Of a stretch of DNA of 64,000 nucleotides, positions 27,913 to 36,417 are shown piece by piece (the stretch's first letter is position 1; the number at the start of each line of letters is the position of its first letter). The stretch covers positions 487,708-551,707 of the forward strand of contig CAVTGO010000013.1 in NCBI GenBank assembly GCA_963734275.1, written 5' to 3'. The notes beneath the pieces were generated by a model. The model was not told where the DNA came from. It made no database searches and saw only the letters and a program-made list of their open reading frames with translations. Both the position numbers and the translations under genes were made by a program. This DNA comes from an uncultured Actinomycetes bacterium (GTDB taxonomy: Bacteria; Actinomycetota; UBA4738; HRBIN12).

Positions 27913-28009
27913 TCCGCCGGTACTCCGCGAAGGGCGGATGCAGGCGGATCGGGTAGGGTCCGCGCCGAGAGAGGATGGGGATCTTGGGCGACCGAAACCC
28001 GCGGATCGG

Positions 28010-28444
28010 GGGGCGCAGCGCCGGCTGCCGCGTGCGCCGCTGTTCGCGCTCTGCGCATTCGCGTTCCGCGTGGCCGCGTGCGGGAACGATGACGACCGCG
28101 ACAAGCGAGCGGCCCCCGGTGCCGATCAACGTCTCCGTCCAGACTCGGCCCCGCGCAAGGTGACCGTCTCGCCGGGCAAGTTCGGCGCCGGGGCCGATCA
28201 CGATGCTGGTCGCGAACCAGTCGGGCGCGTCGCAGACCGTCACGATCGACGGCCCCCGGGTGCGGCAGTCGGTCGGGCCCCATCAACCCGGAGGACACCG
28301 CGACGCTGAAGGTGTCCGTGCAGCCGGGCGAGTACACGCTGGCGTCCGCCGAGGCCGGCGGCCTCCAGCCCGCCCGCCTCACCGTGGGCCCGCCGCGCGC
28401 CGAGCGCCCAGAACACGCTGCTGCTGCCCGAGGCGGCCGCCTGA
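28010..28444 (+). pseudogene. small cupredoxin-like lipoprotein, heavily frame-broken
   Basis: Fragments in three frames: 'LFALCAFAFRVAACGNDDD' (lipobox), 'PVPINVSVQ', 'RKVTVSPGKFGAG', 'ITMLVANQSGASQTVTIDG', 'VSVQPGEYTLASAEAGGLQPARLTVG'. At least 5 switches in ~430 nt. Confidence 0.45.
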
Positions 28445-28630
28445 GTAGGTCGGCTTCGCTGCGTTCGTGGCAGGGGCTGGGGAGTCTGCGACGGTTCGGG
28501 GCGGCTTAACAGCGGCATTGAAGAAGTGCGGCTTCGGCGCGGCTCGGAACACGAGGAGCCGTTTCGTTTCGCGCGTGGCTCGAGCAAGAGGGTCACTTAA
28601 TCGCCCTCGCGCTCGAAGACGTGATGGGCC

Positions 28631-28718
28631 GCTCCGAGAAAACCGGTTTGTGGTGCTGTATAGGGCGCTCCGAAGTCCGGTTTTGCGTTTGGCCACCCTC
28701 ACGCGTTTCCAACCGGTA
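28631..28718. repeat. imperfect direct repeats / palindrome cluster within a long non-coding region
   Basis: 'gctccgagaaaaccggtttg' (28631-28650) and 'gctccgaagtccggttttg' (28667-28685). Perfect palindrome AAACCGGTTT (28640-28649). AAAACCGG (28639-46) can pair with CCGGTTTT (28677-84). A third 'aaccggta' lies at 28711-18. Confidence 0.4.
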
Positions 28719-28865
28719 CAGGAAAAAGGGACACGATTTGCACCTGTCATGAGCAGCCGGCACGGCCCGATCCTCGACCCCTTCCCAGCCGATTTTTGTC
28801 TTTCCGAGTACCCGCCATGGCCCGACCCTCGGCCCGGCCCTGTGTGACCGCGTCCACAGAGGCAT

Positions 28866-29396
28866 TTGCTTGATTTCTGCAATAGTTGTCGTGAGTGCAA
28901 GTATCTCCCTCCCCCAAGCCCGCTCTCCGCGGAGCCCGCCGAGCTTGCCCGCGCTCTCGCGGGCCTGCTCCGCTTCTTCACCCACGCGAGCGACAACGAG
29001 TTCCTGCGGCAGGCCGACGAGCTCGACCTCACGCTGACTCAGCTCAAGGTGCTGGTCCTGCTCTACGAACTCTCGGATCCCCAGCTGCTGTCGGTCAAGG
29101 AGGTCGCCGAGGAGCTCGGCATCTCGCTGCCGGCCGCAAGCCGGGCGATCGACCCGGTCGTCAAGCGTCGGCTCGTGGTACGCAAGGAGGACGAGCTGGA
29201 CCGCCGTGTCAAGCGAGTGCGCCTAACCGCGCGCGGCGAAAGCGCCGTCGGCCGGCTCATCGCGACGCGCGTGGCCGCCGCGGAGGCGCTGGTCGAGAGC
29301 TTCACGGTCGCCGAGCGCGAGAAGCTCGCTGACGCGCTCGGCGAGATCCTCCGCCGACCCGAGATCAGCCGCTACCTCCCGCGGAGGGATCGCTAG
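28866..29396 (+). CDS. MarR-family transcriptional regulator
   Basis: ORF 28866..29396. Winged-helix core 'LTLTQLKVLVLLYE...SVKEVAEELGISLPAASRAIDPVVKRRLVVRKEDELDRRVKRVRLTARG'. TTG 28866 is the only in-frame start before the domain. TAG is followed directly by the ATG of the MFS gene. Confidence 0.8.
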   Translation: MLDFCNSCRECKYLPPPSPLSAEPAELARALAGLLRFFTHASDNEFLRQADELDLTLTQLKVLVLLYELSDPQLLSVKEVAEELGISLPAASRAIDPVVKRRLVVRKEDELDRRVKRVRLTARGESAVGRLIATRVAAAEALVESFTVAEREKLADALGEILRRPEISRYLPRRDR

Positions 29397-30983
29397 ATGG
29401 CACGACTGCACGCGATCACCGAGCAGAACCGCAAGTGGTGGACGCTGGCCGCGATGAGCTTCTCGCTCTTCATGATCATGCTCGACAACACCGTCGTGAA
29501 CGTCGCGCTGCCGTCGATCCAGAAGGATCTGGGCGCGTCGCTCTCAGCGCTCGAGTGGACGATCAACGCGTACACCCTGGCGATCGCGGTGCTACTGGTG
29601 ACCGCCGGACGCCTCGGCGACATCTTCGGCCGCCGCCATGCGTTCTTCTTCGGGGTGAGCGTGTTCGCGCTCGTCGTCCGCGACCGCGGGCTTCGCTCCG
29701 AACGAGACGTGGCTGGTGGCGAGCCGAGCCGTACAGGGCATCGGCGCCGCGTTCATGATGCCGGCAACGCTCTCGATCGTCACGAACGCCTTTCCACCGG
29801 CCGAGCGGGGCCGTGCGATCGGCACGTGGGCGGGAGTCTCGGCGCTCGCACTCGCGATGGGCCCGGTGGTCGGCGGACTCCTGACCGAGCAGGTCAGCTG
29901 GCGCGCGATCTTCTTCCTCAACCTCCCCGTCGCGGCGCTCGGGATCATCGTGGCGATCGCCGCGGTGCGCGAGTCCCGCGACCCGACGGCCCCGCGCGCG
30001 GTCGACTACGCCGGCGTGGGCACGCTCACGGTCGGGATCGGCGCGCTCGTACTGGCGCTCATCGAAGGCAACGACTGGGGCTGGGGCTCTCCGCGCGTGA
30101 TGGGGTTGCTTGCGCTGTCGGCGCTGGGGCTGGTCGCGTTCACCGTGATCGAGCGCCGGGTGCGCTACCCGATGGTCGAATTCGCGCTTCCTCCGGAGCC
30201 GTCAGTTCGCCGGGACCAACGGGATCGCCTTCGTCGTGTCGTTCACGATGCTCGCGATGTTCTTCTTCATGGCGCTCTACCTGCAGAACATCCTCGCTTA
30301 CTCCCCGCTCGAGGCCGGAATTCGCTTCCTCCCGTCCACAGTCGTGATCATCGTCGCGGCGCCGATCGCCGGGCGTCTCACAGACCGGATCGGCGCCCGC
30401 TGGCCGATCGCGGTGGGGCTGTCGCTGGTCGCCGTTCTCGCTCTACCTGCAGTCGCGCATCACGATCGACACGGGCTATAGCTCCCTCCTCCCCAGCTTC
30501 GCGCTGATGGGCCTCGGGATCGGGCTCACGATGTCTCCGATGTCGACCGCCGCGATGAACGCCGTCAAGGAGACGAAGGCCGGCCTCGCGTCGGGCATCC
30601 TCTCGATGAGCCGGATGGTCGGCGGCACGTTCGGCGTGGCCGCAGTCGGCGCGCTCTTCCAGCAGCTGAGCGACAACCGCCTCCACGACCGGCTCGCGGA
30701 GCTCCCTCTCAGCGCTCAGCAGCAGGCCTGGTTTGCCGACAACCTGGGCTCGGGCGGAGTCGACGAGAAGCTCAGGCAGCTCGACCCGGCCACGGCCAGA
30801 GAGGTCGGCGGCCTGGTCAAGGAGACCTTCATCCACTCGCTCTCGGTCTCGCTGAGACTGTCCGCCGCGGTCGCCGTCGTGGGCGTCATCATCGCCGTCG
30901 TGATGCTGCGCGGCGAGCGCGTGCACGGCGCTTCGGCGGTTCGCGCAGCGGCCGCGGCCGCCCCCGCTCCGGACCCCGGGTAG
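29397..30983 (+). pseudogene. DHA2 (EmrB/QacA-type) MFS efflux transporter, split over 4 frames
   Basis: ORFs 29397.. ('WWTLAAMSFSLFMIMLDNTVVNVALPSIQKDL'), 29716.. ('RAVQGIGAAFMMPATLSIV'), 30236.. and 30507..30983 read as one 14-TM-type transporter. Switches near 29680-29715, 30190-30235 and 30450-30505. Confidence 0.8.
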
Positions 30984-31025
30984 ATACCATTCGCCGGCTC
31001 GAACCCGGCGACCGGAGGTACACCC

Positions 31026-32279
31026 GTGGCACAGGCAGATGTGAAGACCGTCAGCCAGCTCGACGTCGAGCCTGGCGAGCTCCCGTCCACCATGACGGCC
31101 TGGGTGATCCGCCAGGACCGCGAGGGAGAGCCGAAGGACGCCTTCCAGATCGAGGACATCGAGGTCCCGGAGCCCGGCGCGTTCGAGGTGGTCGTGCGCG
31201 TGATGGCTGCAGGCGTGAACTTCAACAACGTCTGGGCGGCACTGGGCCAGCCGGTCTCGGTTTTCCGCTATCACCCCGACGAGGACCACCACATCGGTGG
31301 CTCCGACGCCTCGGGCGTGGTGTGGAAGGTGGGCGAGGGCGTGACCCGCTGGAAGCCGGGCGACGAGGTCGTGATCCACTGCAACCAGGCCTCCTACGAG
31401 GACGTCGAGGTGCACGGGCTCGACCCGCTCGCCGCTCCGTCCCAGAAGATCTGGGGCTACGAGACAAGCTGGGGCTCGTTCGCGCAGTTCACGAAGGTGC
31501 AGGCGCAGCAGCTGGTGCCGAAGCCGAAGAACCTCACCTGGGAGGAGGCCGCCTCCTACGGCCTCACCTACTTCACCGCCTACAGGATGTTGATCGACCA
31601 GGTCAAGCTCCAGGCCGGCCACCGGGTGCTGATCTGGGGCGCGGCCGGCGGCCTCGGCGTGTTCGCGACGCAGCTCTGCAAGATCACCGGGGCGGATTCG
31701 GTGGGCGTCGTGTCCTCCGACGAGAAGGGCGAGCTCGTCAAGCAGCTCGGCGCCAAGGACTTCATCAACCGCAACGAGTTCGCGGGCATGATGCGCAAGG
31801 GCGGCGAGTCGAAGGACGAGGAGAAGGAGCGGTTCGGGCAGTCACGCGCCTTTGCCAAGCGGGTCAAGGAGATCCTCGGCGACGCGCCCGACGTCGTGTT
31901 CGAGCATGTGGGCCAGGCCACATTCCCCACCTCGGTGTTCGTCGTGAAGCCGTTCGGGAAGGTCGTGATCTGCGGCGCCACCTCGGGCTTCAACCTGGAC
32001 TTCGACGTGCGCTACCTCTGGATGCGCCAGAAGCAGATCATCGGGTCGCACTTTGCCAACGCCTGGGAGGCGACCAAGGCCAACGAGCTCATTGACCAGT
32101 CCAAGATCCGTCCCGTGCTGTGGCGCGTGATGCCGTTCGAGGGCGTCGCCGAGGCGCACCAGCTGATGCGCGAGAACAAGCACCAGGGCAAGATCGCGAT
32201 CCTGGTGGGCGCCGACAAGGAAGGTCTCGGCAAGACCGCCGAGGGGCCCGGCGCGATCCGCGCCGAGGTCGGCAATTGA
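31026..32279 (+). CDS. ccr: crotonyl-CoA carboxylase/reductase-like enzyme
   Basis: ORF 31026..32279. 'AAGVNFNNVWAALG','IWGYETSWGSFAQFTKVQAQQLVPKP','RYLWMRQKQIIGSHFAN' and 'NKHQGKIAILV' match my recollection of CCR rather than generic MDR enzymes. Confidence 0.8.
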   Translation: MAQADVKTVSQLDVEPGELPSTMTAWVIRQDREGEPKDAFQIEDIEVPEPGAFEVVVRVMAAGVNFNNVWAALGQPVSVFRYHPDEDHHIGGSDASGVVWKVGEGVTRWKPGDEVVIHCNQASYEDVEVHGLDPLAAPSQKIWGYETSWGSFAQFTKVQAQQLVPKPKNLTWEEAASYGLTYFTAYRMLIDQVKLQAGHRVLIWGAAGGLGVFATQLCKITGADSVGVVSSDEKGELVKQLGAKDFINRNEFAGMMRKGGESKDEEKERFGQSRAFAKRVKEILGDAPDVVFEHVGQATFPTSVFVVKPFGKVVICGATSGFNLDFDVRYLWMRQKQIIGSHFANAWEATKANELIDQSKIRPVLWRVMPFEGVAEAHQLMRENKHQGKIAILVGADKEGLGKTAEGPGAIRAEVGN

Positions 32280-32334
32280 GATGGCGCTCGCGCCGCTCGC
32301 GGAGCGGGACGGTCGAGCACGCCGGGGCGCAGCG

Positions 32335-32628
32335 ATGATCGAGATGGTCCAGATCGACTTCCATCTCACGCCGTTCCGGGCACAGCGGTTCTACGACCTC
32401 TACCGGCCGGTCGTGCCGCGCGTCATGGCGTACGGCGCCAAGGGCTACTCCTTCACCCGCTCGGAGGAGGATGCAGACCACTTCGTGCACTCGTCGCTCT
32501 GGGAGGACCGGGCCGATTTCCGGCGCTTTTGGGACTCGCGCGAGATGCACCTCGCGCGCGAGCGGATCCTCGGGCTGTACGAGCAGCCTGTGATTCCCAG
32601 CTGGGCGACGATCCTCGACCGCGGGTAG
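32335..32628 (+). CDS. hypothetical small protein downstream of ccr
   Basis: ORF 32281..32628. The convincing part starts at 'MIEMVQIDFHLTPFRAQRFYDLY'. No family recognised (possibly a Dabb/ABM-like fold). Confidence 0.5.
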   Translation: MIEMVQIDFHLTPFRAQRFYDLYRPVVPRVMAYGAKGYSFTRSEEDADHFVHSSLWEDRADFRRFWDSREMHLARERILGLYEQPVIPSWATILDRG

Positions 32629-32732
32629 CGCTGTGAGGTGATCGCTATGCCGCTCGTTCACGTGACTGTTCCCGAAGTGGGGCCGGAGAGCCCGCGCGCG
32701 CCGGAGCCGGCCGCGGTCTCCTAGGAGGGGCC

Positions 32733-33182
32733 GTGTACCGGAGGATTGTCGAGGTACGAGTCCGGCAGGCGTGGCGGCACCTCGCCGCGCGCGACTACGA
32801 CTATGTGCTCGACCAGTTCGCGCCGCGGTTCGAGTACAGCTTCGTCGGGGCCCACGCGCTCGGCGGCACCCGGCACAGCCGGGAGTCGATGACGGGCTGG
32901 TTCGAGCGCCTGTTCGAGCTCTTTCCGGGAATCCGGTTCGAGGTCGCCGACGTGCTGGTCAAGGGCTGGCCGTGGCGCACGACCGCGGTCGTGCTCGTCG
33001 ACGTGCACGCGGACGTCGCAGGCGAGGCCTACCGCAACGAGGTCGCGCAGACGATCGAGCTGCGTTGGGGGCGAATCACGCGGATCCGGACGCTCGAGGA
33101 CACCCAGAAGCTCGCCGGCGCGCTGGACCGGCTGGCCGAGACCGGCATCGAGAAAGCGGCGCTGGCCGCGATCGAGGATTGA
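32733..33182 (+). CDS. SnoaL-like / NTF2-fold protein
   Basis: ORF 32733..33182. Size and pattern ('AWRHLAARDYDYVLDQFAP...GRITRIRTLEDT') are typical of the NTF2-like superfamily. Confidence 0.6.
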   Translation: MYRRIVEVRVRQAWRHLAARDYDYVLDQFAPRFEYSFVGAHALGGTRHSRESMTGWFERLFELFPGIRFEVADVLVKGWPWRTTAVVLVDVHADVAGEAYRNEVAQTIELRWGRITRIRTLEDTQKLAGALDRLAETGIEKAALAAIED

Positions 33183-33216
33183 AATCCGGAGCCGCCGGCC
33201 TCACGGGCGGCGGCGG

Positions 33217-33507
33217 CTAGCCCCGCTCGAGCGGGGCCATCGTCAGTCCGGCGCCGCTCAGCTGCTCCCAGTAGAGCTCCGCCGGCTCGCGATCGCCGGT
33301 CCAGACGATCGCACGGCCGCTGTTGTGGATCTGGTCGGCGATCCGGTATCCGCGGTCGACGCTCACGCCCGGGATCACCCGCGCGAGCGTCTTGGCGACG
33401 TGATCGAACGTGTTGTGGTTGTCGTTCAGGACGATCACGCGCCACGAACCACCGCGACCTGCGTCCGGGCCTCCGGTGCGAGGCAGCTCGATGGTCTCGG
33501 TCGCCAT
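33217..33507 (-). CDS. clpS: ATP-dependent Clp protease adaptor ClpS
   Basis: ATG 33507 lies in ORF 33217..34338. 'WRVIVLNDNHNTFDHVAKTLARVIPGVS...RIADQIHNSGRAIVWTG' is the ClpS core. The start overlaps the upstream stop. Confidence 0.85.
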   Translation of the reverse strand: MATETIELPRTGGPDAGRGGSWRVIVLNDNHNTFDHVAKTLARVIPGVSVDRGYRIADQIHNSGRAIVWTGDREPAELYWEQLSGAGLTMAPLERG

Positions 33508-34400
33508 CACGGCTTGGTGGCCGACTCGGCCTGCTTCTGCCAGTAGCGGGCCAGCCCCGCCCAGCGTTGCCCGATGGGCGAGCCCACCTCCAGGCCCGCG
33601 GCGGTGCGGGCATCCGTACGCTCCTCCGTGGCGCGGTTGACCTCCGCGACGAACGCGCGGCCGGCCTCCTCGGCGTCGCCGTCGTGCTCCTCGAGCAGGC
33701 GGCGGGCGAGCTCGGCCATCTCCCGCAAGCTTTCCCTGGTCCGCTCCAGATGCGGCAGCGGCTCGTCCACGGAGCCGAAATGGGTGAGCGCCAGGCACCG
33801 CGGCTCGCGCTCGGCGACCAGGTCGATCGCGCGAAGCCAGGCCGGCACGTCGATGTCGGGGGGCGGCGTCGGCGGCTGGACGAAGTCGGAGGGCGGGATC
33901 CGCACGCCGGCCACGTCGCCGACGTAGGCCGTGCCGTCGGACTGGTCGAAGTAGACGACGTGGTGGGAGGCGTGGCCGGGCGTGTACTCGACCTCGAACC
34001 GGCGGCCCGCCGCCTCGAACGTCTCCCCTCCCTCGAGCACGCGGATGCTCCGCTCGGGCACCGGCACCACGCGGCCCCACAACGGGCCCATGTCGCCGCC
34101 GTAGATCCGCTCTGCGCTCGCCAGCAGCCTCGTGGGATCGACGAGATGCGGCGCGCCGCGGGCATGGACCCAGATCTCGAGATCGGGGAAGCGCTCCACG
34201 AGCGCCCCGCTCGCCCCCGCATGGTCGAGGTGGATGTGAGTCAGCAGCAGAGCACGCGGCTCCTCTGTCAGCCCTTCGAGGAGGCTCTCGATGCGGCTCT
34301 CGGGCCCCGGGTCCACGATCGCACCACCGAGGTCCCATGCCCCGATTACGCGCTCACGGTCGCGTTGCCGGACGTCGATGAGGTTGGCATGCGGCGCCAT
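33507..34400 (-). CDS. MBL-fold metallo-hydrolase
   Basis: ATG 34400 lies in ORF 33507..35531. 'LLLTHIHLDHAGASG' (HxHxDH) and 'TPGHASHH' are recognisable. Confidence 0.8.
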   Translation of the reverse strand: MAPHANLIDVRQRDRERVIGAWDLGGAIVDPGPESRIESLLEGLTEEPRALLLTHIHLDHAGASGALVERFPDLEIWVHARGAPHLVDPTRLLASAERIYGGDMGPLWGRVVPVPERSIRVLEGGETFEAAGRRFEVEYTPGHASHHVVYFDQSDGTAYVGDVAGVRIPPSDFVQPPTPPPDIDVPAWLRAIDLVAEREPRCLALTHFGSVDEPLPHLERTRESLREMAELARRLLEEHDGDAEEAGRAFVAEVNRATEERTDARTAAGLEVGSPIGQRWAGLARYWQKQAESATKP

Positions 34401-34466
34401 CGCGCGAAGGCTAACGGCGGAACCGCCATTAAACTGCTGTCGTGAGCTTCGAGAGGAGGCCCAGGC

Positions 34467-36224
34467 ATGGCTCCCACTGATCCGGCAGAAAATGGAAGAG
34501 GCCGTGGCGCCGGGAACGGAAAAGCGCAGCTGGACGAGCTGATCCGCTCCAAGGAGGAGGAGCTCAAGCGCCTCCACGACGAGCGCCGCCGGTGGGAGGA
34601 AGGTCCCCTCGCGCAGGCGCTCGAGAAGTCGGGCGAGCGTCGTGAGCACTTCGACACGCTCTCCGGTCTCGAGACCGACCGCATCTACACGCCGGAGCAC
34701 GTCCAGGACGTCGACTACGAGCGGGACCTCGGCTTCCCGGGCCAGTATCCGTTCACGCGGGGGATCCAGCCGACGATGTACCGCGGCCGCCCGTGGACGA
34801 TCCGTCAATACGCCGGCTTCGGCACGCCCGAGGCCACCAACGAGCGCTTCAAGTTCCTTCTCTCGCAGGGCCAGCCGGGGCTCTCGACGGCTTTCGACCT
34901 GCCCACGCAGATGGGCCTCGACTCCGATGACGAGCGGGCCGCGGGCGAGGTCGGCCAGGTCGGTGTCGCGATCGATTCGCTGGCCGACATGGAGGTCGTG
35001 TTCGACGGCATCCCGCTCGACCGAGTGTCGACTTCGATGACGATCAATGCGCCGGCGTCGGTGCTGGTCGCGATGTACGCCGCGGTCGCCGACAAGCAGG
35101 GCGTTCCCCGCGAGCAGGTCTCGGGCACCGCCCAGAACGACGTCCTCAAGGAATACGTGGCGCGGGGCACCTTCATCTATCCGCCCAAGCCCTCGCTGCG
35201 GCTCGCGGCCGACCTGATCGCCTGGTGCGCGACGGACGCGCCTCGCTTCAACGCGATCTCTCTGTCCGGCTACCACATGCGCGAGGCCGGATCGACCGCG
35301 GTCCAGGAGATCGCGTTCACGTTCGCGAACGCGATCGCCTACATCGAGGCGGTGCGCGCGCGTGGCGTCGAGGTCGACGCATTTGCGCCGCGTCTCTCGT
35401 GGATCTTCAACACGCACATCAATTTCTTCGAGGAGATCGCGAAGTACCGCGCGCTGCGCCGCCTCTGGGCGCGCGTCATGAAGGAGCGCTTTGGCGCCAC
35501 AGATCCGCGGTCCATGATGCTGAGGACGCACACGCAGACGGGCGGCTCCACGCTCACCGCGCAGCAGCCCGAGAACAACATCGTGCGAGCCGGGATCCAG
35601 GCGCTCGCCGCTGCGCTCGGCGGAGTGCAGTCGATGGCCCTCTCCTGCTACGACGAGGCGCTAGCGATCCCGACCGAGAAGGCCCAGAAGATCGCTGTCC
35701 GCACGCAGCAGATCGTCGCCGAGGAGATCGGGGTCACCGACACGATCGACCCGATGGCCGGCTCCTACTACCTCGAATGGCTGACCGGGGAGCTCGAGCG
35801 GCGGGCGATCGAGGAGATGGACAAGATCGAGGAGATGGGCGGCGCCGTCGAGGCGATCGACTCGGGCTACTACCACAAGGCGATCCTCGACGAGGCCTAC
35901 AAGTGGGAGCAGGACCTGAACGAGGGTGAGCGCGTGGTGGTCGGCGTGAACAAGTACCGCGACGCCGAGGAGCCGCAGCCCGAGTACTTCCGCGTCGACC
36001 CGACGCTCGCAGAGCGCCAGCGGGAGAAGCTCGACAAGCTGCGCGACGAGCGCGACGCGGCTGCCTCCGACAAGGCCCTGGCCAACCTTCGCGTGGCAGC
36101 CGAAGGCGACGGCAACCTGATGCCCGCGATCATCGAAGCCGTGCACGCCTACTGCACTCTGGGGGAGATCTCCGGCACGATGAAGGGCGTCTTCGGCGAG
36201 TACAAGGCGCTTGCAACGATCTAG
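34467..36224 (+). CDS. methylmalonyl-CoA-mutase-family acyl-CoA mutase, catalytic subunit (no B12-binding domain in this ORF)
   Basis: ORF 34467..36224. 'FTRGIQPTMYRGRPWTIRQYAGFGT','GLSTAFDLPTQMGLDSD','GTAQNDVLKEYVARGTFIYPP'. It ends before any DxHxxG B12 domain. Confidence 0.9.
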   Translation: MAPTDPAENGRGRGAGNGKAQLDELIRSKEEELKRLHDERRRWEEGPLAQALEKSGERREHFDTLSGLETDRIYTPEHVQDVDYERDLGFPGQYPFTRGIQPTMYRGRPWTIRQYAGFGTPEATNERFKFLLSQGQPGLSTAFDLPTQMGLDSDDERAAGEVGQVGVAIDSLADMEVVFDGIPLDRVSTSMTINAPASVLVAMYAAVADKQGVPREQVSGTAQNDVLKEYVARGTFIYPPKPSLRLAADLIAWCATDAPRFNAISLSGYHMREAGSTAVQEIAFTFANAIAYIEAVRARGVEVDAFAPRLSWIFNTHINFFEEIAKYRALRRLWARVMKERFGATDPRSMMLRTHTQTGGSTLTAQQPENNIVRAGIQALAAALGGVQSMALSCYDEALAIPTEKAQKIAVRTQQIVAEEIGVTDTIDPMAGSYYLEWLTGELERRAIEEMDKIEEMGGAVEAIDSGYYHKAILDEAYKWEQDLNEGERVVVGVNKYRDAEEPQPEYFRVDPTLAERQREKLDKLRDERDAAASDKALANLRVAAEGDGNLMPAIIEAVHAYCTLGEISGTMKGVFGEYKALATI

Positions 36225-36417
36225 CGCCGGCGTTATCGAGCTGGTCCGCCACTCGAGGCTCGCCCAGCTCGGCTTCTTCTTCGTCGCCTTCGTGACCGCC
36301 ACCCTGGTGGCGAAGGCATTCGGCGCCGGCTGGGGCACGGCCTCCACGTTCGGGCAGATCACGTTCGCCTCCGTGCTGGTGCTGGTGCTGTTGACGGACG
36401 AGCCACCCGGCAAGTGA
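36211..36417 (+). CDS. possible small membrane protein
   Basis: ORF 36211..36417 has two hydrophobic segments and overlaps both neighbours by a few nt. Weak. Confidence 0.3.
   Translation: MQRSSAGVIELVRHSRLAQLGFFFVAFVTATLVAKAFGAGWGTASTFGQITFASVLVLVLLTDEPPGK

Noticed and set aside
28467-28985. ORFs 28467..28847(+), 28593..28985(-) and 28379..29032(-) as real genes in the long intergenic region.
   Set aside because: They show no coding-like third-position GC bias, low-complexity basic translations and no motifs. The region is better treated as non-coding.
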